NCBI RefSeq assembly: GCF_009914755.1
Contig: NC_060927.1
Direction: 5' to 3' (one strand)
Length of the DNA: 64,000 nucleotides
Origin: the human T2T-CHM13v2.0 reference genome, Homo sapiens
Shown here piece after piece: positions 34,089 to 53,790 of this stretch (its first letter is position 1; every line of letters starts with the position of its first letter). The translations under genes and the position numbers were made by a program. Under the pieces are notes generated by a model. It ran no database searches and had not been told where the DNA came from. It was given only the letters and a program-made list of their open reading frames with translations.

Positions 34089-34879
34089 TGGTCGTGTCCT
34101 AGAAAGTACCTGGTGGGGATTGATGTTGGGTGGAACATTTCTCTGTGGCAGCTCCCACTGGCCCATATAGCCTATTTGTTGCCTAAAACAGGGTGGAGAA
34201 ACAGGGAAAGAGGGAAGAAGTCTGGGAGGTGGGAAGAAGGGGTAGTTGGAGGTATAATGTTGTAGGCCAAGATGTTCATAAATTGAGTACTAAGCCTAAA
34301 GGAGGCTGTAGATTTAGAATTTTCGAATCATCCTCTATGTTGTAAAAAATAGAATGGAAAGAAAATGTATTTCCTGAGGTTTTTAGTTTAACACCAGTGC
34401 TTCTCCTCTTGAGAGCATTAGTACAGCTTTATTGTGGGACTCTAACCTCGCTGTATGATTCTTGTTTTAAAACGTAGTTGAGTCATTCAGAAGAGGATCC
34501 TCTGCTTTGGGGACCATGGATGGCCAGCCTTCCATTTCATGGGGCTTTGCAGGAAGCCAGGCTTGCGGTTACTCCCACATATCAGTGTGAGCTCAGTCAA
34601 ATTGGACTCATTCTCACCTTGGATAAAGTCAGATAAAGTTGGGAGGCCAACTCATGTTTTCCATTCAAAGGGCAGATACAAGATATACTGTCTTGGCAAA
34701 TTGCAAGTGTACAGTACAGTATTATTCCATGATAGTCGCCATGTTGTGCGTTACATCTCCAGGACTTACTCATCTCATAACTGCAAGTTTGTACCCTGTG
34801 ACCAACATCTCCCTACTTCCTCTAGACTCCAGCCCCTGGCAACCACCCTTCTACTTCAATGAGCTCAACTGTTTTTGGA

Positions 34880-34891
34880 TTATATATATAT

Positions 34892-34936
<45 letters not shown>
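34880..34936. repeat. (TA)n(CA)n microsatellite
   Basis: Seen directly, between two oppositely oriented L1M 3'-end fragments. Confidence 0.9.
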
Positions 34937-34938
<2 letters not shown>

Positions 34939-35185
34939 GGTAATGAATGTATTCATTAACTTGATTGCAGTAATCATTTCACAGGGTGTAAGTATATCAA
35001 ACCATCATGTTGTATAGTTTGAATATATGCAATTTTTATTTACCAATTATACTTCAGTAAAGCTTGGAGTCGGAGGGAAGCAGATATGTTTTTAGACCAT
35101 TGGTGTTTCCATTTGTCCTTGCCACTTAACGCAGAAATGTAAGGGCTGACTTTAACATGATTATTTACTGGGAGTACAGACTTAC

Positions 35186-35255
35186 TCTCTTGAGAAAGCA
35201 ATGTGCCAGAAGTTCAGGGTTCTCAGCACACTTTTCCAACTCTTTTAGAAAAGTC
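35186..35255 (-). CDS. MCF2L2: MCF2L2 coding exon, 70 nt (TFLKELEKCAENPELLAHCFLKR)
   Basis: Acceptor tttctag|g and donor aga|gtaagt. Completes the split Arg codon of the previous exon. FL.ELE DH motif. Confidence 0.95.
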
Positions 35256-35454
35256 CTAGAAAAATAAAAGTATACAAGTAATAATGTTTTGATTTTGACA
35301 TGTAGGTAATTAATTTTTTAAGTACAATCACATAAGGTTTCAAGAGGTGCCTAGAAAAATGTTCTCCAGGCCTTCTTGCTCTTATCTTCTACACATTGAT
35401 TCAGGAAAAAAAGCTGTATTCTGAGGTATTACTACAATTACCCTGAAATCACTC

Positions 35455-35589
35455 ACAACTTTAAGTTGTTCGATCTGTTGCCTTAGGTTCACAAAAAGAA
35501 AAATAAGAAAGAGAATGAGAAGAACTAGTTGGGAAAGAGAGGAGAAATGAGAACTACTCAGAAGGCACAGGGGGTCAGGATCATCTCCA
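35455..35589. repeat. 135-bp dispersed direct repeat, copy 2
   Basis: Ungapped match to 33954-34088; offset 1501 bp. Confidence 0.93.
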
Positions 35590-36554
35590 ATTATCAGAAC
35601 ACAGCTGTTCGGGTAATTCTAAGCACTAGTCATAGATAGACTGGATACATTCACTGATGCTCTCTCTTACATGAAAGTAACGTTCATAAGAACTGCTGCT
35701 GCTGCTGTTGCTATTACTAATATCATTGACAGCTTACTATAAGCCAGGCATAAGCTAAGTGCTCCGCAAATAGTATCTCATTTAATCCTCAACCAAAGAT
35801 AGGGTTTTATAAATATAAAACCTGGGGCTCAAAGAGGCTACATAACTTCTCTGGGGAAATCAACAGAAATGGGTTTCCATTTCAGTTTTGCGTCTGACCA
35901 ACGGACGAGGAATGGGGTTAGGAAGCAACTGTGGTTCAATTCACCAAGCAGCTTTTCTCCCTCTGTGAATTAGGTGTGCAATCTTGGGGTCATCATAGCG
36001 AATAAAGAGAGTTAACAAGTTACCATTCCCATATGTGTAACATGAAAGGGTTTGAAGATGATTTCCAAAGTCCCTTATTCCTGCAATTCTCTAGAACTCA
36101 ATATCCAAGCAGCCCCGAGTTAAAAGTACAACTTGTTTGAGCAGTCAGCATTTTCTAACACCCTAGTTCCCAGCATCCCCTTATGATAGTAGTATGGAGA
36201 TGTGTATCTTGGTCATCTTTGTATTCCCAATGCTGAGCACAGTGCCTGGCACAGAACAGGTGCTCAAAAAATGCTGATGCATGAATAAATAAACAAAGGA
36301 ACACTCAACTGCATACAACATGGATGTCTGACACTGGGTCCCTGTTCCTTTGATGTCTCTTCCCTTTCTCTCCAGGGATCCTGTGGGGCTTCTCCCCTCC
36401 TTTCACTCCAACCCACCCCAATCCAATCCACTGACTCCAAACCACTTGCTTAAACCTGAAAACATCTAAGTGTTTTCATCTCTCAATTCCATCAGTCTCA
36501 TTTCCACCCTTCTCTTACTCTCCATTCTTTCTGATAACATGAATTATTATATAC

Positions 36555-36670
36555 CTGTTGTGAAATTCGTAAAGTTCTCTAATATTCCCAAAGAGAAAGT
36601 CCTTGTTATTCTGAAGAACATCTGGAATTAGATGCTTTAGCCAAATAAAATCCATTGGAGTGATATATCC
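36555..36670 (-). CDS. MCF2L2: MCF2L2 coding exon, 116 nt (GYITPMDFIWLKHLIPDVLQNNKDFLFGNIRELYEFHN-R)
   Basis: Acceptor ctgcag|gga and donor cag|gtatat. LFGNI..LY.FH DH motif. Contained in ORF 36515..36724. Confidence 0.96.
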
Positions 36671-36991
36671 CTGCAGAGGTGCAAACAAGGTAGGTGTTAC
36701 AAACAGGAACATACCAGAGATCATCTGAATTAGCTACTGCAAAACCCAAAACTTTAGTGAAATGATTGAAGAATATAGCACACTTGTTTCTTGAAAGCTA
36801 TCGTATTGAGTACTTTCTTTTGATATCATTTTCCTCATGTGCCCACTTTCAGAAGGAGATGGCTTAATGGCAATGATCATAAAATGGCATTTTTGTGGGA
36901 AGAACAAATATATTTAAAAATGTTTATGTTACACAGGTTTAATCTAAAAGAAGGGAAAATGTACCCACTGTTTTATGAACTAATACAATTA

Positions 36992-37327
<336 letters not shown>

Positions 37328-37839
37328 TAATGTTTACTCAGCATATATATCATAGTTTACTAAACATTCCCTTTTTATGGACATTTGGGTTGCTTCTAAT
37401 ATTTTATGGTAAAAATGTGATTATAAATAATCGCGTACATATAATTTTTTCCTTAAGATTATTCCCTTAGGAAAATAGGGAAAACATGCATTTTTACTCT
37501 TAAGAAAAAGACTACTTTAAAAAAACAAGAAATAATCTTCCCTTATTAAAGTATCAGGAACACTTATAATATCCTTTGTTGGCAAGAAGATGGTAAACCT
37601 ATTTGGGCTTTGCTGGAATCAGTGTGAACTGGCTTAATTCTTTGGAAACTATTTGGCTACATGGATCAAGAAACCACAGGGATGTTCTTATTCCTACTGG
37701 AGACACTTGTAATATTCTAAGACCTGAAACCTTGGTGGGAATTCTGGAGACTTCTGGCAACTATTTTGAGTCTCTTTGTACAACAAAACATCTGCAGTTT
37801 GAATATATGCTTGATACCCCACTCCCCAAATCTACTTAC

Positions 37840-37906
37840 ATCAATTATGCTTTTAATCTCTTTTATGTAAATCTCTTCAGTCTCAAGCAAGTCACGTATA
37901 ATGCGC
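37840..37906 (-). CDS. MCF2L2: MCF2L2 coding exon, 67 nt, start of DH domain (RIIRDLLETEEIYIKEIKSIID)
   Basis: Manual translation. Acceptor ttcag|g and donor gat|gtaagt. DH conserved region 1 motif LLETE..Y. Joins in frame to the next exon. Confidence 0.95.
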
Positions 37907-38245
37907 CTGAATCACAGCAGCAGGTGGGAGGGTGAAAGAGAGAGAGACAGGGAGAGGAGAATGTTCTTTTAGAATTCTGTTAGAATAATGCTCATCAATA
38001 CAGTTCCCTTTTAGTGGCTCACCTACTTAGTTTCTGGTCAGTTCATTCTGTTCTATTGAACACCCAAGGTCAGCATCTCACAAACGCACACTGTGATCAC
38101 ACTGGTATCAAGAAGAAACAGCAAGGTTAGAGAACTCAAAATCCTTTAGGCAGCCAGTGAATGACCTGTCCTCTGGGTGGGCCATATAGTGTGGGGGTCA
38201 AGAAGGGAGATGTTGGAGTCAGAAATACCAGGTCTGGATCCTTAG

Positions 38246-38695
<450 letters not shown>

Positions 38696-38799
38696 TAGAT
38701 GTATGCTAGCTCCTTCCTCTGGCATTGGATGTTTCACTGTGATTTCCTAAGGCAAAAGATATGACTTCTGTCTGCTTCTGTCAAGGAATGCAGGTGGAA

Positions 38800-39312
38800 G
38801 ATGTGGTGGACAGAATTTAAGATGGTCCCCAAGACTTCTGGCCCCACTGCACATACGCCTCTTCCAATCAAACACTAATTTAGGGGATGCTGTGGAAGGA
38901 TTTTGCTGTTCATTTGATAGGTAATCCAGTTGGGCCTGTCCTAATCATATGAACTCAGATCTATATGGGTCAAGTGGTCAGAGACTGGAAGCATAAAAAA
39001 GATTCAACACAAAGGAGATTCCCCTTTGCTGACTTTTGAGATGGAGGGGGCCAGATGGAATGGAATGTGGGCAGCCGTAGGAACTGAGAGTGGCTCCCAG
39101 CTGACAGGCAGCAAGGAAGGGAAATCAGTCCTATAGTTGCAAGGAACCGAGTCCTGCCACAACCACGCGAACTTAGAAGAGGATCCAGAGCTCCACATGA
39201 AAACACAGCCAGCCAACACCTTGACTTTAGCCTTGTGGGACTCCTGTCCCAGGGAAACTGTAGGTCTCCTAAGTTTGTGGTCAGTTTTTATATAGCAATA
39301 GAAAACCAGTAG
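38800..39312 (+). mobile_element. MLT1 (D/E like) LTR fragment
   Basis: tgtggtggacagaat start; gctgacttttgagatggagg; tatagcaatagaaaacca end. Confidence 0.7.
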
Positions 39313-39957
39313 AAAGAGTAAGGCCAGTCCCCACATCTATCCCAGACAGACTTTCTTTCTCTCCTCAGGCTACGTGGCCATATTTATTATTTCTTTTAGG
39401 AGTCCAAGTAGATGAGTGTTTATACATGTGTCCTTGTGTAGAATATATATATTTATTCTTGTTAACTATTGATGGATTATCTATTAAATGGCAGCCTCTC
39501 CTAGAAAATGATTTGTTTTTCTCTCATAAAAATGGATGTGACAAATGATCCAATAGAAAAAAATGGGAAAGGACACAAAATAGGAGATTCACACAAATAT
39601 TCAAATGGATATGAGACTCGTGGAAAAAATACTCAGTACATACATTCAACGAAGGCATATTTTAAAAGAGCAACAATTTTCATCTATTAGAATATTAAAC
39701 ATTTCAAACCTCATAGAAAGACTGGTAAATGAGGGTGTGGAAAAACCCTCACACAATATTGGTAAAATGTGTAAATTTGTGCAAGCTCTTTGGAAGGTAA
39801 TTTAGAAACATCTCACCCAAATGTAAAACACGTGCTCCTTGGTTCAGTAATTTCACTTCTAGGAATGTTCATTGTTTATAATTAGGACAATATAACTTCA
39901 ACAACAACCAGATATAAACTGGTTACTTAAATGCTCATCAAAAAATTATGGTACATG

Positions 39958-40320
<363 letters not shown>

Positions 40321-41576
40321 ATGGTACATACATATAATGATGAAATACCATGCAATTGTTAAAAAGAATGAGGCTGACTAAAACACTGATATGACAGAGG
40401 CCAGGTATTTTTAGTGAAAAAACAAAACAAGACGTAGACAAGTAAGCATAGTATGACTATTTGTGTAAAAAATGAATGTGTATGTAGAAATATACGTAAA
40501 ACTGTATATGCTCAGAAAATTTATGCAAAGAAACTTAACACATTGTTAAAAGTGATTGCTTTTGGAGAGTGGTACTGAAAGCTAAAGTATGGGAAAGGAG
40601 AATTTCTACATCTTACTCTATACCCTTCTACAATCTTTTTTAAAGTGAAACATTTACTGCTTTTATAATGGAAAAATAGGGTTTACATAATATTTTAAAA
40701 TGAATGTTACTGGAGGTAATGATATGTAAACCCTATTTGATAGATATAAATAAATAATACAATTCACATATTTTACAGCTCATTATTCTTTCTTATAATC
40801 ATTTTTGTGTCTATTTATAAATACTTGTATAAGACAAGACTGATAAACAAGATGTACCACAGAGGATGTAATTTCCGGAAGTCTAAAACTCCCAAAAAGT
40901 TACTTAAACATCATACTTTACTAAGTCACTGAGAAAGAGGTTCCTATGCCTTTTATAAATCACCCGGAAACAACAACGGTTTCTATGTCAGAAGGAAGTA
41001 CAGGCCTCAATACCAATATGTTTCTACGAGCCCTGGCATCAAGTGGGACCACAGCAACAGTTAAGCATTCATGGAAAACCTGAGTACAATCAGCCTCTTA
41101 TGCCTTCATGAAGCACTGGGCTTAAGCAACTTGGCAAGCTGGCTTCAGGATGCATTGACAATTAAAGGAAGTCAGAAGGCAGAAATAACCAGGAGGTGGA
41201 CAGAAGTCAAGGTTATTATCCAAAAATGATCTATGAACTTAAGAGACTCTTAGGAGCTTTTAGGACTCTAATACAGGAAAATATTCACATCTCTGAAGGA
41301 AAAGAAATCCCTTGGTCATATTCTGGATTACAGTTTGGAAAAAAAGTCTAGAAATCTCATCCAACTGCTTCATTTTACCTGTTGGAGTGCAAGAGATAAA
41401 ATGCCAAGGATAGGAACTCCACTGAAGAATGTAGGCAAATCAATATTCATTAAATACATTCAAATTAATATATGACTTAAAAAGAGCCCTCACATCAGTG
41501 TTAGGCCATTGCTTTTCCTTGCTTCTCTTGTTTTCCTTTCAAATACCTTTATAAAATAGGAGAAAATGTATGACTC

Positions 41577-45046
<3,470 letters not shown>

Positions 45047-45051
45047 CTAAA

Positions 45052-45570
<519 letters not shown>

Positions 45571-45604
45571 AAAGCATGTAATTTTATTCACAGAAAAGAC
45601 TCTC

Positions 45605-45920
<316 letters not shown>

Positions 45921-47073
45921 TTACCATCTAAAATCATCAAGTGTATATCATGCAGATGAACAACAGAAAACACTGGGAGTATTCAAGTAATTAAAAATAA
46001 CCTTTCAGCACCAACAGCAATTTCTGTCCTGATGGCAATCTACTCAGAGCTAGAGGACTGCACTTAGGATACCAAAGGGAGCTTAGGATGCAAGAGCAGC
46101 CTGCACTAATGTACTCTGCGTTAGTTTACATCCGGGCACTTTGCTTTACGTTTCAAAACAGACGCCGCCCTTAGCTCATTAAAGGGGAAATGGAGGTATA
46201 ATGTGTTTTAAAGGGATGTTTCTTCTCTGAAGCCATATTTCAGGGTAGCATGAAAACAGAGCTTTGGATATCTGGTTCCATTCTACATGACACCTCATGC
46301 TTGTTTCAAATGACACCACAACCAAGGGGCAGGAATGAAAGGAATATGCTAAAAAAAAAAAATGCAATCCTTTTTAGCAAGAAAGATCATTAAGGATTTC
46401 CTGATAAGTTTCTTCTTTGTTCATGTGCCCTCCTCTGCTCCCCCTTTGAACTACTGCCCCTGTCACCCCCCCTTCCCCGCCTCCCCGCCGTTTCTCAGTT
46501 CTCCAATAGGGATCCAGTCTGCCAGAGGTCTATTTTTGCTCATTATTGTCAACACAATTTGCCATCAAGAGTTTTCACTTACTCCTGCTATCCTATCATC
46601 ACATTATGCATGTCAGAAAGCATTACAGATTTTTACTTTTCAAGAACCCGAACTCAGATTTCCAGGCTTCTGTCCTTCCTGTTTCATGCTGTTGACTCTC
46701 CCACATCTTTGTCTTCCTCCTAGACCTTTGGTCACTCTTGAGCCCACATTGCCAATGGTCTATATCATTTTCACCTGGATGCCTCCCAGACACCTCAGTC
46801 ACATCAAGTTGAAATAGAACTAATTAGACAGAAGTAGCATGTGTTTCAGTGGAACTGACATTTTTCTAGGGTCCCTAAAACACAGGTGTTGTTTCAAACT
46901 CCCCCCTCCAACATCCCTTATATTCTCTCTGTCACCCAGGCTCCTTATATCATCTCTCAACATGCTTCCTGGGTGACTACTGACTCTCCACTTCTGGTGA
47001 CACCCCACAGAGCAAGCTTTCAATTCCTGTCATTTAAACACTTTAGTGCACTCATAGAATCTCATCCTTCTGA

Positions 47074-47404
<331 letters not shown>

Positions 47405-48234
47405 TCCCCCAAAGCTCCATTTTTATCCTGTCTTCATTCTCTCTTCAAGAACTTGCCCACAGCTGCCAGAGTTCCTTCTAAGAGTTTAAGACTCTCTGTT
47501 CATGTGGTAAGAATCTTCTTAAGGAGCTTGCTTTAAAGGTAAAACCAGATTTACACATCAGAATGGGGAGAGGTGGGTGGGAGCTAAGATGGAATCTGTA
47601 ATTTTCACAAGTGCCCTGGATGATTCTACTGCAGATGGTCTCCTATTCAACTAAATAGCACTCATCTGACCCACTCCTTTTAGACCCCACTTCTGTTAAG
47701 CCAGTGTTATCACTATTTTCCACTTTCTTTCAAGTTCTAATCATCCTTAAAACTCCAACAGCTTCAGCTGAAATCAGTACCACACTCTCATCCTTGTTTC
47801 CCACCCAAAAACTATTGTACTAATTGACCAGACATGTATTGATGCCCTACTATGAGCCTGGCTCCATGATAGGCACTTGGGATAGAGAAATGTACCATAA
47901 TCCTGACCTTAATAAATTTAGAGTCTAATGGAAGAGATAAAAAAAATCAATGATTCCAATGAGTGTGATAAGGTAAGGCTAGTCAGAAAAGTCAGGTGCA
48001 GAGGAGGGGCAACTAATTAAACCAGGGGTTGGGGGAGACACTGCCAACTCTGTGTTGAGTGAAGTTTAAGCAGAGGTTTTTCTTTAAGTAAAAAATCAGT
48101 TTTTTTAAATAAAAAGTTTTTTAAAAAGTAAGGGGGAATAGAAGAAGGAGGTTTGTCCCTAAGGGGAACAGTGTGGAGGAGGAAAGGAGGTGAAAGTGTA
48201 TGCTATTCTGTGTACTGGCAAATTCTTTGGTGGG

Positions 48235-48593
48235 TGATATGGTTTGGCTCTGTGTCCCCACCCAAATCTCACCTTGAATTGTAATAATCCCCACATGTCA
48301 TGGGAGGGACCCAGTGGAAAGTAATTGAATCATGAGGGCAGGTTTTTCCTGTGCTGTTCTCATGATAGTGAATAAGTCTCAGGAGATCTGATGATTTTAT
48401 AAAGGGCGGTTCCCTTGCACATGCTCTCTTGCCTGCCACCATGTAAGACATGCTTTTGCTCCTCCTTTGCCTTCCACCATGATTTTGAGGCCTCCCCAGC
48501 TATGTGGAACTGTGAGTCCATTAAACCTCTTTCCTTTATAAATTACCCAGTCTCAGCTATGTCTTTATTAGGAGCATGAGAATAGACTAATAC
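48235..48593 (+). mobile_element. THE1 (THE1C/D-like) MaLR 5' LTR
   Basis: Starts TGATATGGTTTGGCTCTGTGTCCCC and ends GACTAATACA. TATA-like ttttataaa and ATTAAA poly(A) signal. Confidence 0.9.
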
Positions 48594-50189
48594 AGTAAAT
48601 TGGTACTGGTAGAGTGGGGTGCTGCAGTATCTGAAAATGTGGAAGCAACTTTGGAACTGGGTAACAGGCAGAGGTTGAAACAGTTTGGAGGGCTCAGAAG
48701 ACAGGAAGATGTGGTAAAGTTTGGAACTTCCTAGAGACTTGTTGAATGGCTTTGACCAAAATGCTGATAGTGATATGGGCAATAAAGTCCAGGCTGAGGT
48801 GGTCTCAGATAGAGATGAGGAACTTGTTGGGAATTGGAGCAAAGGAGACTCTTGCTATGTTTTAGCAAAGAGCCTGGCAGCATTTTGCCCCTGCCCTAGA
48901 GATCTGTGGAAATTTGAACTTGAGAGAGATGATTCAGGGCACCTGGCAGAAGACACTTCTAAGCAGCAAAGCATTCAAGATGTCACTTGAGTGCTGTTAA
49001 AAGCATTCAGTTTTATGTATTCACAAAGATATGGTTCGGAATTGGAACTTATGCTCAAAAGGGAAGAAGAGCATAAAAGTTCAGAAAATTGGCAGCCTGA
49101 TGATGTGATAGAAAAGAAAAACCCATTTTCTGAGGAGAAATTCAAGCCTGCTGCAGACATTTGCATAAGTAAGATGGAGCCAAATGTTAATCACCAAGAC
49201 AAAGGGGAAAATGTCTGCAGGGCATGTCAAGGACCTTTGTGGCAACCCCTCCCATCACAGGCTCAGGCCTAGGAGGAAAAAGTGGTTTTGTGGGCCCAGC
49301 CCGGGGACCCCTGCTCTATGCAGTCTAGGGACTTGTTGCCCTGCATGCCAGTTGCTCCAGCCATGGCTGAAAGGGGCCAAGGTACAGCTCAGGCCATTGG
49401 TTCAGAGATGCAAGCCTCAAGCCTTGGTGGCTTACACGTAGTGTTGGGCCTGTGGGTTCACAGAAGTCAAGAATTGAGGTGGATGTACAGAAATGCCTGG
49501 ATGTCCAGGCAGAAGTTTGCTGCAGGGGTGGGGCCCTCATGGAGAATCTCTGCTAGGGGAGTATGGAAGGGAAATGTGGGGCTGGAGTCCCCACACAGAG
49601 TGCCCACTGGGACACTGCTTGGTGGAGCTGTGAGAAGAGGGACACCATCCTCCAGACTCCAGAATGGTGGATCCACCAACAGTTTGCACCATGTGCTTGG
49701 AAAAGCTGCAGATACCCAACACCAGCCCATCAAAGCAACCACAAGGGGGGCTGTACCCTGCAAAGCCACAGGGGCAGAGTTGCCCAAGGCTGTGGTGGGA
49801 ACCCACCTCTTGAATCTCTATGAGACATGGAGTCAAAGGAGATTATTTTGGAACTTTAAGGTTTGACTGCTTTATTGGATTTCAGACTCGCATAAGGCTG
49901 ATAGCCCCTTTGTTTTGGACAATTTCTCCCATTTTGAACAGGTATTTTTACCCAATGTCTACACCCACATTTTATCTGGGAAATAGCTAACTTGCTTTTG
50001 ATTTTACAGGCACATAGGTGGAAGGGACTTGCCTTGTTTCAGATGAGACTTTGAACTGTGGACTTTTGAGTTAATGCTGAAATAAGTCTTTGGGGGACTG
50101 TTGGGAAGGCATGATTTGTCTTGAAATGTGAGGACATGAGATTTGGGAGGGGCCGGGGTGAAATGATATGGTTTGTCTCTGTGTCCCCA
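48594..50189 (+). mobile_element. THE1 internal region plus only the first ~26 bp of the 3' LTR
   Basis: gtaaattggtac follows the LTR. Typical THE1-int sequence. Polypurine tract gggaggggccggggtgaaa, then TGATATGGTTTGTCTCTGTGTCCCCA at 50164. Confidence 0.88.
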
Positions 50190-51092
<903 letters not shown>

Positions 51093-51094
51093 TT

Positions 51095-51448
51095 AAAAAA
51101 AAAAAACAGGCAGAGGAAGGTGGAAGGACTAGATCTTTCTCCAGTGCTGGATGCTTCCTGCCCTGGAACATCAGACTCCAAGTTCTTCAGCTTTTGGACT
51201 CTTGGACTTACAACAGTAATTTGCCAGGGGCTCTTTGGCACTTGGCCACAGACTGCAGGCTGCACTATCAGCTTCCCTATTTTTGAGGTTTTGGGACTCA
51301 GACTGGCTTCCTGACTCCTCAGCTTGCAGATGCCTATTGTGGGACTTGGTATCTTGTGATTGTGTGAGTCAACTCTCCTAATAAACTCCCCTTCATATAT
51401 TCATCTATCCTATTAGTTCTGTACCTTTAGAGAACACTGACTAATGCC
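51095..51448 (+). mobile_element. MLT2A-like (HERVL) LTR, 3' portion
   Basis: ctggatgcttcctgccct..actccaagttcttcagct..ctatcctattagttctgt..agagaacactgactaat are characteristic of the MLT2 3' half. Confidence 0.82.
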
Positions 51449-52481
51449 GTGGGGTTAAGCCAATCGTCTAGTAGGTTCATAAAATGCTAAAAGCAGATAT
51501 AAACTTAAAGACGATCCAGCTCATCTCTTCATTTTACAGATGTAAAAACAGAAGTAGAAATAGAATTGGAACCCCAGTTTCTTGAAACCCAGTGTTTGCA
51601 TAATACCATGCTAATTTCATTCTAATTTGTGTTTTATTTAATAATCAGGAAACAGTTCAAATAGAGGCCCAGGGCTCTGAAACATTGCCCAAGGTCTATG
51701 GCTTTTGCAAAGCAAGTACTGTTTCTGCTACTTTACCTAGTTGCTCTTGGCCTATGTTTGGGGTGCATCTAAAGAACTGTTTGCTGATTATTAAATAAAA
51801 CACAAATTAGAATGAAATTAGCATGGTGTTATAAAAACACAGGGTTTCAAGAAACTGGGGTTCCAGTTCTATTTCTACCTCTAGGATACAGGGTAAGTCA
51901 CTTCCTTTCTCAGATTCTGTTTCTTTGTATGTCAAAGGGCTGGATTAGATAAACTTGACTTCCCCTCTTGGCCCTCATGTATCATTCTATAAATATGTTA
52001 TCATTTCTAATAGACTGTTTGATGTAATCTTTTGTCTAATGGCCCCTGCTTTTCACAATAAATGAAACAAAGGTCACAAGACTTTTATTCATTTGCAACC
52101 CTGATTAACTAACAGTTAATGTGTAACTGGAGTGCCACATAGAAACAGAAAGGAGAAGGGGAATGGATTGGGTTGGAGAAGGTGAAGTCTGACCTATCCT
52201 CTACAAGAGGTACAGGGTTTATCCAGGAAGACAGGAGTGCCATGAGGAGTAAACTCCAGCAGGGGCTGGAGTCATGGCCACACACAGGGCCTTACAGGAT
52301 CCAGGCTGCCCAGAGCAGAGTTTGGATGGGGGCTGGGAGGCTGGGGGAGCTAGCTGAGGAGATGGTTGTCATGCCAGGCCACGAGTGTGGATGAGTGCTG
52401 GCCAGGGGAGGTATAGGAGATTGATGGGGCTGTGGCAAGCAGGGCAGATACCCTTCCAGGAACCTGTTTCATTAAACACAG

Positions 52482-52531
52482 AATACAGTCCTGAGGGCTC
52501 GGTCTCAATACAGTCCTGAGGGCTCGGTCTC
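52482..52531. repeat. Perfect 25-bp tandem duplication
   Basis: aatacagtcctgagggctcggtctc x2. Confidence 0.93.
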
Positions 52532-53059
52532 AGGAAAACATGTTCTTAAGTTTTACATCCTTCTTCTGTTTTGATTAGGTGTTTCCTGATTATAAAATAA
52601 ATTCCTAGAACTGTTAATGGTAACAACACAAAGCACTATAGACCCATACGAGGATCATATTGAAACCAATGACATTTAAGAATAAAAGATCTGATGAATA
52701 TGAACACTTCCCTGGTTCCTAGGAGGATAACAGTTGAGTTTTGCTCAGGTAATCTGCCTTCTCTTCCTTCTTCTCTGCTTTGTATCTCAGTTTCTATATT
52801 TTGTCTTACATTAATAGGATTTGTTCTCATTACCCTGATGATTTTATGGTAAACTACCTCAAATTCTTTTTGGAAGAAGATGGGATATAAATTATTTTTA
52901 AAGTTTATCTGAATAGATGTTCTTCAATATCACACAATAAATAATGACAATGTAACTTTGTGCATATAGCACTTTAAGAGATTGATCATAAACACAATCC
53001 TATTAATCTTAATTCAAGTTAATAATGCTTGCATTTGTATGGCATTTTAGGTATTATAA

Positions 53060-53790
53060 AGTTTTTTTTAATTGTGGTAAGATATGCATAAAATTTACTA
53101 TTTAAACCTTTTTGAAGTGTATAGTTCAGTAGTGTTAAGTACATTCACAATGTTGTGTAACCATCACCACTAGCCATTTCCAGACTTTTTCATCATCCCA
53201 AACTGAATCTCTGTACCTATTAAACATGACCTCATTCTCCACCTCCCCACAGCTCCTGGGAACCTCTATTCTACTTTCTGTATGAATTTTCCTATTCTAG
53301 GTGTCTCATATAAGTGGAATCATACAATATTCATCCTTTGGTGTCTGGCTTATTTCACGTAGCGTAATGCTTTCAAGGTTCATTCATGTTGTAGCATTTA
53401 TCAGAATTTGATTCATTTTTAAGGCTGAATATCTTCCATTTTATGTGTCTACCACATTTTGCTTATCCATTCTTCTGTTGATGAACACCTGGGTTGTTTT
53501 CACCTTTTGGCTATTGTGAATAATGCTGCTATGAACACTGATGTGCAAGTACCTGTCTGAGTCTCTGCTTTCAATTTTGGGCATATACCTAGAAGTGGGA
53601 TTGCTGGATCATAGGATCATTCTATTTTTAACTTTTTTGAGGAATTGCCATACCACCCGCTACAGCAGCCGCATCTTTTATATTGCCAACAGTGCACAAA
53701 GGCTCTGATTTCTCCACTTTCTGGTCAACATTTAGATTATCATTCTTTTTTTAAAAAAACGTAATAGCTAACCCAATGGGCATGAAGTAA
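53060..53790 (-). mobile_element. L1MB-type 3' fragment
   Basis: Typical antisense L1MB 3'UTR/ORF2 end (aagtggaatcatacaata, ttggctattgtgaataatgctgctatgaaca). Confidence 0.8.

Noticed and set aside
48543-49866. Cluster of ORFs up to 194 aa
   Set aside because: Fragments of the decayed THE1 internal region.
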